Of a stretch of 64,000 nt of DNA, positions 55,721-64,000 are shown in pieces. Both the position numbers and the translations under genes were made by a program. Position 1 is the stretch's first letter. Every line of letters begins with the position of its first letter. The notes below the pieces were generated by a model. That model worked only from the letters and a program-made list of their open reading frames with translations, was not told the origin of the DNA and did no database searches. Origin of the DNA: Candidatus Endomicrobiellum guadaloupense (GTDB lineage Bacteria > Elusimicrobiota > Endomicrobiia > Endomicrobiales > Endomicrobiaceae); contig JAITJN010000035.1 in the NCBI GenBank assembly GCA_031278895.1, positions 1,380-65,379 of the forward strand, in the 5' to 3' direction.

Positions 55721-56408
55721 TAAATTTGACTGCTGAATATCCTTGTTTTAAAGACACATTTGAAGAAAATTGACTCTCTTTGTTATATATTTTCATTAAA
55801 AATTCTGAAGGTAAATCTTTATATACGTATAAGGATGATGAAACATTTAGAATTTCTGCAGTATTCAAATATATAGGGAGTTCCGCTATGAAATATTTTA
55901 CAGCTACCCTCACCGCTTCATCATCTGCATCCCCTTGGAAGCCTTTACTTGCTAATACTATCTTGGAAGTCGCTAAACATCCTTTCCTAAAATCCTCATT
56001 AGTCTCATATAATTTTTTATAAGTATCATGAAATTTTAAATATCTTTCATTTTTCATGAGTTCACTAATAAAGACTATCATATTGTTGGCTTCAACCTCT
56101 GGAATATTATTTGCCACTAAAGCTCTTATTGCTTTATTTTTTAAATTGTTATCATGTAATTTTGTCTTTTTTTCGGCTTTCTCTTGAGAATATCCCATCG
56201 CCTGTAGCGTGTACATAGAGATACCATCTGGTATACAAATATTTATTCTTTTAAAAGTTGACACCCCCCATGAAAAGATTTTTTTTAAATTCTCTTCTGA
56301 ATAATAACTGTTAAACGGACTTATGCCTATTAACGCATGTTCTTTTAAAACAAATATTTTTTCTGACTCGGAATTTGCAAAATTTAATACTGCCTTTTCT
56401 TTTCCCAT
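55713..56408 (-). CDS. tRNA-dependent cyclodipeptide synthase (CDPS)
   Basis: 231 aa. KEHALIGISPFNSYYSEENL matches the catalytic-Ser pocket of AlbC (GEHALIGISAGNSYFS) and YvmC (RRHVLVGISPFNSRFSE). AVKYFIAELPIYL matches the YxxxExP motif (YVLAEAPLF / YVIAELPFF). ..SSLYVYKD.. aligns with ..VLCYH.. / ..LLAYH... The size and single-domain architecture fit. GGAGAGG lies 7 nt upstream of the ATG. Confidence 0.85.
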   Translation of the reverse strand: MGKEKAVLNFANSESEKIFVLKEHALIGISPFNSYYSEENLKKIFSWGVSTFKRINICIPDGISMYTLQAMGYSQEKAEKKTKLHDNNLKNKAIRALVANNIPEVEANNMIVFISELMKNERYLKFHDTYKKLYETNEDFRKGCLATSKIVLASKGFQGDADDEAVRVAVKYFIAELPIYLNTAEILNVSSSLYVYKDLPSEFLMKIYNKESQFSSNVSLKQGYSAVKFIE

Positions 56409-56436
56409 AATAACCTCTCCATTCTAAATGTTAAAC

Positions 56437-56486
56437 ATTATACTACTTCTTTTCCAAATTATAACGATTACTTCTTATGAAGTCTA
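56437..56486 (-). promoter_or_regulatory. Candidate promoter region of the CDPS-kinase operon
   Basis: The minus strand has TAGACT-17 nt-TATAAT (56486..56458) and a second TATAAT at 56442-56437. A 6-1-6 palindrome AATGTT-T-AACATT lies between the -10 and the SD. By eye only. Confidence 0.3.
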
Positions 56487-56603
56487 TCCATCTTACCTAA
56501 CCCATACATCCTCTCTAATTCTACTATATAAGCTTCTTTTCTTTGCATTTAGATTACTGACTTAAGAGACTTTACAACACATAGCATATAAAAATATAAA
56601 TTT

Positions 56604-56666
56604 GATGTCAACAATACAATCATTTTACATCTTCCCATTGCGAATAACGATGTTACCAATACAATC
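56604..56666. repeat. Two 18-bp direct repeats, 45-bp period, upstream of the CDPS operon
   Basis: 56604-56621 reads gatgtcaacaatacaatc and 56649-56666 reads gatgttaccaatacaatc (16/18 identical). Confidence 0.7.
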
Positions 56667-56732
56667 ACGCCTTTCTTTATTACTTTTGAACTTATAGGGA
56701 AATAATACTTATTTCTAAAATACAGCTGTCAA

Positions 56733-57101
56733 TTATATACTAACAACAGCCGAAGAATACTCGCTTTCCCAAACTTCAACTTCGCATACTTTTGCAGTCT
56801 CAGTCTCTATTTGCTTTAATTGTTCATAAATAAATGCTGCTATATTTTCGGCTGTTGGATTTATTTTATTGAAGGGTTCTATTTCATTTAAGAACTTGTG
56901 GTCTAAATATGCAATAATTTTATCAAGATGCTTTTTTATATCCGTAAAATCTATAAGCAGACCCGCATTATCAAGCTTTGAACCAGAAAAGGCAGCTCTT
57001 ATCTTCCAGTTATGTCCATGAAGGTCTTCGCACCTGCCTTTATATTCTCTAAGGCAGTGCGCCGAAGCAAAATTTTTAGTTACTGAAAGTTTATATTTCA
57101 T
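56733..57101 (-). CDS. queD: 6-carboxy-5,6,7,8-tetrahydropterin synthase
   Basis: 122 aa with ..SAHCLREYKGRCEDLHGHNW.. and ..DHKFLNE.. Confidence 0.9.
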   Translation of the reverse strand: MKYKLSVTKNFASAHCLREYKGRCEDLHGHNWKIRAAFSGSKLDNAGLLIDFTDIKKHLDKIIAYLDHKFLNEIEPFNKINPTAENIAAFIYEQLKQIETETAKVCEVEVWESEYSSAVVSI

Positions 57102-57109
57102 TTTTCCTT

Positions 57110-57940
57110 TTAACCACCTAAATCAACTTTTTTTACATCTTTTATACTTTTTGAGAAAAACTTCATTCCTATTTTCTTGAACTTTTCAGGATTATCACTT
57201 ACGTAAAATTTTAGATATTTCTTATTGCTCTTTGATGCAAGCAGAGATTTCTGCTCTAAAATACGTTTTACTTCCATGGCTGTAGATTTTGCTGAATCTA
57301 CAAGGACTATATTCTTATCCAAATTCTTCTCTAATGCTTTTCTTAGGAGCGGGTAATGAGTACACCCTAAAACTAAAGTGTCAATCCTTTTTGAAAGCAA
57401 AGGCTTTATATACTTTTTAACTATGATATCGGTTATTTCTCCATCTGTCAAACCTTCTTCTACAAGTGGAACAAACAACGGGCATGCCTGTTGATATATT
57501 TTAGCTTTTGCAAGTTTGCTTATTGCTTTAGGATAAGATTTGCTTCCTATAGTACCTTCAGTACCGATAATCCCTATTTTTAAATTTTTTGACGCTCCTA
57601 CTGCAGCTATTGCACCAGGTGATATTACCCCTATAACAGGAATTTTTGCAATTCTATCTAAAACTGGTAAAGCTAAAGCAGACACAGTATTACACGCTAC
57701 AACTATAAGTTTTACATTGCTTTTTATCAAAAAGGAAGTTATTTTCTTAGAAAACTTAATTATTGCATTTTGCGATTTTGTACCGTATGGGACATGAGCA
57801 GTATCTCCAAAATAAATAAGATTTTCATAAGGAAGAATTTTATTTATTGCAGACATTACGGTAAGACCGCCAAATCCAGAATCAAAAATCCCTATAGGCT
57901 TATTATTTCCTAGCGTTTTGATCTCTTTCTTTCTTTGCAT
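57110..57940 (-). CDS. murI: Glutamate racemase
   Basis: 276 aa with IGIFDSGFGGLTV, ..VACNTVSA.. and ..LGCTHYP.. Confidence 0.95.
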   Translation of the reverse strand: MQRKKEIKTLGNNKPIGIFDSGFGGLTVMSAINKILPYENLIYFGDTAHVPYGTKSQNAIIKFSKKITSFLIKSNVKLIVVACNTVSALALPVLDRIAKIPVIGVISPGAIAAVGASKNLKIGIIGTEGTIGSKSYPKAISKLAKAKIYQQACPLFVPLVEEGLTDGEITDIIVKKYIKPLLSKRIDTLVLGCTHYPLLRKALEKNLDKNIVLVDSAKSTAMEVKRILEQKSLLASKSNKKYLKFYVSDNPEKFKKIGMKFFSKSIKDVKKVDLGG

Positions 57941-59654
57941 AATATCTTATAACACCCTCATATATAGAATCTGCTACAGATGCGCGAAAACTTTTAGTGC
58001 CAAGTTTTGCCTCTTCAGCAAAATTACTTACAAAAGCGCTTTCAACAAGAACCGACGGCATTTGTGTACCCCTTAACACATAAAAATTCCCCTGTTTAAC
58101 ACCTTTAATAGGTATCTTTAACCTTCCACTTGCTTGAGCAGATATGAGCGCGCTTAATTCTGAAGATTCATTCATATGCTCGTTCATTGCCATAGCCAAG
58201 AGCATCTCTTGAAGGCTAGCACACTTTTTATTTGGTTTCCCTTCTAATTCTATAACAGAATTTTCTAATACTGCAGTCGCGGCTGCTTCAGAGTCCGTAG
58301 CTTTCTCGGATAAAAAGTAAATCTCAAAACCATTGACATTACTATTAAGGTTTGCATTGCAGTGTACAGATATAAATAAATCAGCATTATTCTCGTTTGC
58401 CATGTTTGCTCTTTCAGCCAAAGATATAAACGTATCATCTTTTCTTGTTAAAATGCTTTCAAAATTATCATCTTTGTCGAAAAGATATTCAAGCTCATAC
58501 GCAATATCAAGGTTCAAATCTTTTTCCATAGTTCCGTTTGCTCCGATAGCACCAGTATCATGTCCACCATGTCCAGCATCTATAACTATAATTTTCTTTC
58601 TAGCAGACTTTTTCTTTTTACCTTCTTTAGCAACAACTCCAGATAATGTATCAGTGTCATCAAGTATTACAAAGCTATCATCAGTTATATTAGCGTTTTC
58701 AAATTTTGTAACGATGGCATCATTTAAATCTTTATTTTCATCATCACTTTCAATAAGAGAATCTATCTCGCTTATGTGGGCCTGCCCAAACTTTTCTGGT
58801 GGAGTTAAATCTAAACTAGTCAATCTTCTGTTGCTAGGAAGATTTTCTCTATCTTCATTAGGGTTTTCTTCTTTTATATGAGCAATAACAGGAATATTTC
58901 TAGAATGACCTATTTCTACAGTTACTTCTTTAAGATTTGAAGAACGTGTAGTCTTAACATTCTTAGGGGTTTGTTCAAGCTTTATAGAGATAACTGCGCT
59001 ATGCCCTGATGTATTATATTGAATGCTTTTAAGAATACCATTGTTTATATTTACAAATCCGCTTTGAATTTTACCTTTTGATATTGTCAATGTTATTGTA
59101 TCAGCATTTTTTGAAACTTTATACTGTAACGATTCATCAAGCTGAACCACCACCTGTGTATTTTCTGACTTTGTATAATATCTTACTGCAGAAATATTAG
59201 CATGATGATTTACAGTTAGCACTAAAGACGAAGAGTTCCATGAAGTTTGCGCATCTGAAATTTCTGCAAACTCTTTTGAATTAATGAATTCCGATGAAAC
59301 ATATATATCATTTTTTCTTAATATTGACGGCAAAGACATCTTTTTTAACTTTTTGCCAAAAACAAAGTCTGAGGTATTAGCCCTTATACCTATATTCCTA
59401 TTATTTAACCTCATAGTTACTTTTGAACTCACGGATTGCCAATCAAGTACAGCATTATATAATTTAGCAAGCTCTCTTATTGAAAAATAGTCTGTATTAT
59501 CAGAAACTTTATAAACTTTTATTCCTTCAAAAAGATCACCATCAAGAACTGCATTTACATTTTGTGATGTGAGATAATTATCGGAATCCGCATAAGAAAT
59601 TATGAAAAAGAATAATAGAATAGTTGAAAAAAACAAATATATAATTTTTTTCAT
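57903..59654 (-). CDS. N-acetylmuramoyl-L-alanine amidase (AmiC-like) with N-terminal stalk and AMIN-like domains
   Basis: 583 aa with a signal peptide, an AMIN-like beta domain, and a C-terminal Amidase_3 domain (VIDAGHGGHDTGA..., ..ISVHCNA.., ..SVLVESAFVSN..). Confidence 0.9.
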   Translation of the reverse strand: MKKIIYLFFSTILLFFFIISYADSDNYLTSQNVNAVLDGDLFEGIKVYKVSDNTDYFSIRELAKLYNAVLDWQSVSSKVTMRLNNRNIGIRANTSDFVFGKKLKKMSLPSILRKNDIYVSSEFINSKEFAEISDAQTSWNSSSLVLTVNHHANISAVRYYTKSENTQVVVQLDESLQYKVSKNADTITLTISKGKIQSGFVNINNGILKSIQYNTSGHSAVISIKLEQTPKNVKTTRSSNLKEVTVEIGHSRNIPVIAHIKEENPNEDRENLPSNRRLTSLDLTPPEKFGQAHISEIDSLIESDDENKDLNDAIVTKFENANITDDSFVILDDTDTLSGVVAKEGKKKKSARKKIIVIDAGHGGHDTGAIGANGTMEKDLNLDIAYELEYLFDKDDNFESILTRKDDTFISLAERANMANENNADLFISVHCNANLNSNVNGFEIYFLSEKATDSEAAATAVLENSVIELEGKPNKKCASLQEMLLAMAMNEHMNESSELSALISAQASGRLKIPIKGVKQGNFYVLRGTQMPSVLVESAFVSNFAEEAKLGTKSFRASVADSIYEGVIRYYAKKERDQNARK

Positions 59655-60301
59655 ATAAAAAGCGATTTTATAGCATCTTTTGGATTTTTGGAAGAAAATA
59701 TATAACTGCCGCTTACCAGTGCGTCTGCACCGGCATCAATACATATTTTCCCTGTTTGGGCATTTATCCCACCGTCAACTTCTATGAGGCAATTATACTT
59801 TTTTTCATTAATAATTTTTCTTAAACCTTTAATTTTAGGAACCATACATTCCATAAAAAACTGTCCTCCAAAACCTGGTTCAACGGTCATTACTAAAACT
59901 AAATCAACATATGGCAATAAATTTTCTATTTTTTCTATAGAAGTTTTTGGCTTTATTGACACTCCAACCTCTATGCCTGAATCCTTTATATATTTTATGA
60001 GCTTTTTTTTATTAGCTAAAATCTCTTGATGAAATACAATCAAATCAGCCCCAGCTTTTTTAAAGTCCACCCAATATTTTTCAGGATTTGTAATCATAAG
60101 ATGAACATCAAAGAACAATTTTGTCGTTTTTCTTAATGCTTTTACTACTCCTGGGCCTATTGTTATATTTGGCACAAAATGACCATCCATAACATCTATA
60201 TGAACCCAATCTGCACCAATGCTTTCTAACATTTTAACATCGCGTTCTAAGTTTGAAAAATTCGCTGACAAAATTGACGGCGCTATTATAGTTTTCTTCA
60301 T
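59651..60301 (-). CDS. rpe: Ribulose-phosphate 3-epimerase
   Basis: 216 aa with ..APSILSANF.., ..HIDVMDGHFVPN.. and ..MTVEPGFGGQ.. Confidence 0.96.
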   Translation of the reverse strand: MKKTIIAPSILSANFSNLERDVKMLESIGADWVHIDVMDGHFVPNITIGPGVVKALRKTTKLFFDVHLMITNPEKYWVDFKKAGADLIVFHQEILANKKKLIKYIKDSGIEVGVSIKPKTSIEKIENLLPYVDLVLVMTVEPGFGGQFFMECMVPKIKGLRKIINEKKYNCLIEVDGGINAQTGKICIDAGADALVSGSYIFSSKNPKDAIKSLFI

Positions 60302-60304
60302 TTT

Positions 60305-61036
60305 CTATTGCTCTTCTTGCCCTTGAGAAACAGTTATATATATAGTATTAAAACCTGTTATATCTATATCAGGTTCTGGGTATTGACTTACAATAACGTC
60401 AGATTTAAACTCTGAAGCGTCTTCTTTCTTTATGTTTAAATTTATGCCTGTTTGTAACGACCATTCAGATACTTCTTGAATACTTTTGTTAATAAAGTTT
60501 GGCATAAGAACAGTCCCTTCAGGAGGTTTCCCATCAGAAACAACTAGATTTACAACAGAGTCTTTGTCAACTTTAGTTCCAGCAGAAATGTCTTGGGAAA
60601 GAATAATATCTCTATCAAAAACTGCTGAATATTTCTTTGTAACTTCACCCATAACCAATGTTGATGTTCTTAAAGCAATATCAGCTGAACGAATACTCTG
60701 TCCAACAAGATCTGGAACGTAAATAATCTCTCCACCGCGACTTATTGTAACTTTTATTACCTTACCTTCTCTGACAATCATTCCTGCTGTAGGATTTTGT
60801 CTTAATATTGTACCTGCAGGAACATTTTGGTTTGTTTCTTCACCTTCAAGCTTTAATCCAAACCCTTCTCTAGAGAGATCTTCAACAGCTTTATACAAAC
60901 TTTTCCCAATAACATCAGGCGTTGACACCTCTTTTTTATTGTGAACCAAAGATACAATTACCATGTTAAAGGAGAAATAAAATGCTAAACCTATTATCGC
61001 TAAAAAAATGAATATTTTAAATAACTTTCTTACCAA
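60305..61036 (-). CDS. Membrane-anchored protein with three PASTA domains (no kinase or PBP domain)
   Basis: 243 aa with an N-terminal TM segment followed by three ~65-aa repeats (..VPDVIGKS...A...L...G...., ..VPDLVGQSIRSA.., ..MPNFINKSIQEV..). Confidence 0.8.
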   Translation of the reverse strand: MVRKLFKIFIFLAIIGLAFYFSFNMVIVSLVHNKKEVSTPDVIGKSLYKAVEDLSREGFGLKLEGEETNQNVPAGTILRQNPTAGMIVREGKVIKVTISRGGEIIYVPDLVGQSIRSADIALRTSTLVMGEVTKKYSAVFDRDIILSQDISAGTKVDKDSVVNLVVSDGKPPEGTVLMPNFINKSIQEVSEWSLQTGINLNIKKEDASEFKSDVIVSQYPEPDIDITGFNTIYITVSQGQEEQ

Positions 61037-61066
61037 AATATTCCCCCGTTTAAATCTAAAAAACTA

Positions 61067-62065
61067 TTATTTTTTAGCCCAAGACATACGTGAACGAAGT
61101 CTTGCTCCAACTTTTTCTATAAGCCTCTCGCTTACTTCTTTTCTTTCTTTATTAAATAATGGTCTGCCGTCTTTGTTTTCTTTAAGCCAGTCATTTGCAA
61201 ATTTACCAGATTGTATATCTCCTAAAACTTTCTTCATTTCAGCTCTTGTTGCATCTGTTATTAGTCTTTTTCCAGTTATATACTCGCCATATTCAGCAGT
61301 ATCAGAAATAGAGTAGTTCATCTTGCTAAAACCGCCTTCAAAAATTAAATCAACTATAAGTTTCACCTCATGGCAACATTCAAAATATGCTATTTCTGGT
61401 TGATACCCTGCAGCAACAAGTGTTTCAAAGCCTGAATTTATCAACTCAACTATACCACCGCAAAGAACTGTCTGCTCACCAAATAAATCTGTCTCTGTTT
61501 CTTCTTTAAATGTTGTCTCAAGAGCTCCACCTCTTGTTGCGCCTATACCCATAGCATATGCAAGAGCTAATTCCTTCGCTTTGCCGCTTGTATTTTGTTC
61601 AACAGCTATCAAACATGGAACGCCTTTTCCTTCTTCATATTGTCTTCTTACTAAATGTCCCGGACCTTTAGGCGCAATCATTATTACGTCTAAATCTTCA
61701 CTAGGAACTATTTGTTTATAGCGTATATTAAACCCATGAGAAAAACTTAAAACAGTACCTTTTTTAATATTGGGCTTTATATCTTCTTGCCAAGCTTTTC
61801 CTTGAACCTCGTCAGGCAAAAGAATGTGAATCCAATCAGCTTGTTTAACAGCTTCACCTATGCTTACAGGCTTCCAGCCATCTTCCACAGCTTTTTTATA
61901 GTTGGCTCCGCCTTCTCTCTGGGCAACTATAACATTTACCCCAGAGTCTCTAAGGTTTAACGCATGAGCGTGGCCTTGACTTCCATATCCTAAAATTGCG
62001 ATTGTTCTCCCTTTTAACAAACTCAAATCCGCGTCATTGTCATAATACATTTTTGCTTCGGGCAT
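61067..62065 (-). CDS. ilvC: Ketol-acid reductoisomerase
   Basis: I moved the start to [11 protein letters not shown] (AAGGAG lies upstream). Contains [17 protein letters not shown]. Confidence 0.96.
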   Translation of the reverse strand: MPEAKMYYDNDADLSLLKGRTIAILGYGSQGHAHALNLRDSGVNVIVAQREGGANYKKAVEDGWKPVSIGEAVKQADWIHILLPDEVQGKAWQEDIKPNIKKGTVLSFSHGFNIRYKQIVPSEDLDVIMIAPKGPGHLVRRQYEEGKGVPCLIAVEQNTSGKAKELALAYAMGIGATRGGALETTFKEETETDLFGEQTVLCGGIVELINSGFETLVAAGYQPEIAYFECCHEVKLIVDLIFEGGFSKMNYSISDTAEYGEYITGKRLITDATRAEMKKVLGDIQSGKFANDWLKENKDGRPLFNKERKEVSERLIEKVGARLRSRMSWAKK

Positions 62066-62089
62066 CTTCTTTCTCCTTAACATTAGTTC

Positions 62090-62584
62090 TTATTTAATCT
62101 TGCCAGCATTACCACGACATAAAACAGAAACTCCTGTTTTGCAAGTTTCTTTTACGCCATAAGGCAAGATTGCTTTCATAAAAGCACTCAATCTACTTTC
62201 ATCACCACTTATTTCAGCTATTACAGAATCTGGAGATATATCTATTATTCTAGCTCTAAAAACACCTGCAACTCTAATAATTTCATCTCTAGACGTCTTA
62301 TTTACAGCGGTTATTTTTATAAGAGCAAGCTCTCTTTCTATATACCCAATATCTTTAAAATCTGTAACTTTTATAACATCAACAAGCTTGTTTAATTGTT
62401 TTGTTACCTGTTCCAAAATTGACTCATTGCCCTTTACAACAATAGTTATTCTTGAAATTGCAGGCTCTTCCGTTTCGTTTACAGAAAGCGAAGCTATATT
62501 AAATCCGCGAGCAGCAAAAAGAGCAGATATTCTTGCCAAAACGCCAGAGTTGTTTTCTACTAAAACTGAAAGTGTGTGGCGCAT
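62090..62584 (-). CDS. ilvN: Acetolactate synthase small (regulatory) subunit
   Basis: 164 aa starting MRHTLSVLVENNSGVLARISALFAARGFNI.., an ACT domain. Confidence 0.93.
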   Translation of the reverse strand: MRHTLSVLVENNSGVLARISALFAARGFNIASLSVNETEEPAISRITIVVKGNESILEQVTKQLNKLVDVIKVTDFKDIGYIERELALIKITAVNKTSRDEIIRVAGVFRARIIDISPDSVIAEISGDESRLSAFMKAILPYGVKETCKTGVSVLCRGNAGKIK

Positions 62585-62622
62585 TCCGTCTCCATTATAC
62601 CAAATCTTTGCTTTAATATTAT

Positions 62623-64000
62623 TTATCCGTTCATTCTGATTATCATGTCATCAAGAGAAGCTCCGGCTGGAATCATAGGGAAAATATTTTCTTCTATCTC
62701 AACCCACATATCAATAACTACAGAGCCTTTAGTCTCAAGCATCTTTTTTAAAGCAAGCTCAACGTCTTTTTTATCAGTAACTCTTATACCTAAAACCCCA
62801 TAACTTTCAGCCCATTTCACAAAATCTGGAATATATACAGGACATACCGCTCTGTTTGGAGTATTGCACCACTTAGGACACTCTTTTCGTTTAGCAAGGC
62901 AACTGTGAGAATATCTTTTACTGTAAAACATCTCTTGCCACTGACGGACATTTCCTAAATATTGATTATTTAATATAATCACTTTAACATCAATATTATT
63001 TAAAACTGCAACTGCCATCTCCTGCATGTTCATTTGAAAAGATCCATCACCAGCTATAGCTATAACTTCTTTATTTGGATTTCCAAATTTTGCGCCTATA
63101 GCGGCGGGATAGCCAAAACCCATAGTCCCAAGTCCGCCTGAACTTAAAAATAAACGAGAATATTTGGCTTTATAATACTGAGCAGACCACATTTGATGCT
63201 GTCCTACTTCTGTAGTTATAATCGCTTCACCTTTGGTGAGATCCGAAATCTTTTCTATAACATATTGAGGGTGGAGCTTATTATCATTTGTGTCGTAAGA
63301 CAAAGGATGCTCTTCTTTCCACACACCAACCGTTTTAATCCAATCTTTATGCTCTTTTGTATTTACTAAACCTAACATTTCTTTTAAAACTGTTTTTGCA
63401 TCTCCAACAACTGGAATATCAACATCAACAATTTTTGATATTGCAGTAGGGTCTATATCAATATGGATTATTTTTGCTTTTCTAGCAAAGTCGCAAATCT
63501 TGCCCGTACATCGGTCGTCAAACCTAGCTCCTACTGCTATAATGACATCTGCAGATTGTATACACTTATTTGCACAATAAGTTCCGTGCATTCCAAGCAT
63601 ACCCAAACTAAGTTTTGAATCAAAAGGATATGCTCCTACTGCAAGCAAAGTATTAGTTACTGGAATATCTGCTTTTTTTGATAATTCCAAAATTTCATCT
63701 TGAGCATTGGAAACAACTACACCCGTTCCAATATAGAAAACTGGTCGTTCACTCCTATTTATAACTTCAGCTGCTTTTTTTATTTGTCCGATATGTCCAT
63801 TATAGTTAGGTTTATAAGAACGTATCTCAACTTTCTCAGGATAAACAAATTCACAAACACTGCGCTGTACATCTACAGGAACGTCAACTAAAACAGGACC
63901 TGGTCTTCCTGTTGTTGCAATATAAAATGCTTCTTTAATAATTCTTGCCAAATCTTTTACATCTTTAACCAAAAAATTATGTTTTGTTACCGGTCTTGTT
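62623..64000 (-). CDS. ilvB: Acetolactate synthase large subunit (5' end beyond the right edge)
   Basis: The frame stays open to the window edge upstream of the track start. Contains ..RPGPVLVDVP.. and the TPP motif ..GGLGTMGFGYPAAIGAK...GDGSFQMN.. Confidence 0.93.
   Translation of the reverse strand, partial: TRPVTKHNFLVKDVKDLARIIKEAFYIATTGRPGPVLVDVPVDVQRSVCEFVYPEKVEIRSYKPNYNGHIGQIKKAAEVINRSERPVFYIGTGVVVSNAQDEILELSKKADIPVTNTLLAVGAYPFDSKLSLGMLGMHGTYCANKCIQSADVIIAVGARFDDRCTGKICDFARKAKIIHIDIDPTAISKIVDVDIPVVGDAKTVLKEMLGLVNTKEHKDWIKTVGVWKEEHPLSYDTNDNKLHPQYVIEKISDLTKGEAIITTEVGQHQMWSAQYYKAKYSRLFLSSGGLGTMGFGYPAAIGAKFGNPNKEVIAIAGDGSFQMNMQEMAVAVLNNIDVKVIILNNQYLGNVRQWQEMFYSKRYSHSCLAKRKECPKWCNTPNRAVCPVYIPDFVKWAESYGVLGIRVTDKKDVELALKKMLETKGSVVIDMWVEIEENIFPMIPAGASLDDMIIRMNG

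Noticed and set aside
56468-56548. A 26-aa minus-strand ORF (MQRKEAYIVELERMYGLGKMDRLHKK) in the spacer upstream of the CDPS gene, possibly a transposase or regulator fragment or a leader peptide
   Set aside because: No recognisable family, no convincing RBS, and too short to evaluate by eye. Kept only as part of the island-flank description.
1-64000. CRISPR arrays, rRNA genes, IS elements, integrases, prophage blocks, toxin-antitoxin pairs and recognisable anti-phage defence operons other than the dead R-M pair
   Set aside because: I looked for regularly spaced short repeats, terminal inverted repeats, and transposase or integrase-like ORFs, especially around 28.3-31.0 kb and 54.0-56.7 kb. 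I found none. The only repeats seen are the PAS duplication, the 18-bp pair at 56.6 kb and short hairpins.

Overview
AT-rich (about 30% G+C by eye) bacterial chromosomal segment. Every feature I can support is on the minus strand: about 60 protein genes, two tRNAs and RNase P RNA. The content is mostly core housekeeping.

Core content, left to right:
- dcw start (ftsI partial, ftsL, rsmH), rnpB, tRNA-Val and tRNA-CAU, an LpxL-type lipid A acyltransferase (implies a diderm with LPS) and smc.
- A three-gene alpha-oxoamine synthase / GNAT-like / extended-SDR lipid-type module.
- A fermentative redox block: group-B-like [FeFe] hydrogenase, adhE, etfAB with ferredoxin-fused EtfA, and an acyl-CoA dehydrogenase.
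- rnc and the classical yceD-rpmF-plsX-fabHDG-acpP-fabF cluster, then ackA.
- An envelope/pilin block: UGM-like flavoenzyme, WecA-like transferase, flippase-like protein, O-antigen-ligase-like/TPR protein, prepilin peptidase and a pilin-like protein.
- coaD, two GGDEF cyclases, several small unknowns, ogt, uvrC, murJ, miaA, mutL, mutS, an SLT, miaB and a GT4.
- queD, murI, an amidase, rpe, a PASTA protein and ilvC/ilvN/ilvB (partial).

Three small accessory patches interrupt this:
- A decayed DinD-like gene (about 12.3-12.6 kb).
- A decayed type II R-M pair (28.5-30.9 kb).
- A compositionally distinct 2.7-kb island (54.0-56.7 kb). It carries a tRNA-dependent cyclodipeptide synthase (CDPS) tightly coupled to a soluble dual-PAS histidine kinase, followed by a truncated response-regulator remnant.

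I consider the CDPS-kinase island the most interesting candidate for an undescribed signalling system. No CRISPR array, IS element, integrase or rRNA was seen. All calls rest on hand reading, motif recall and gene context; no searches were run.
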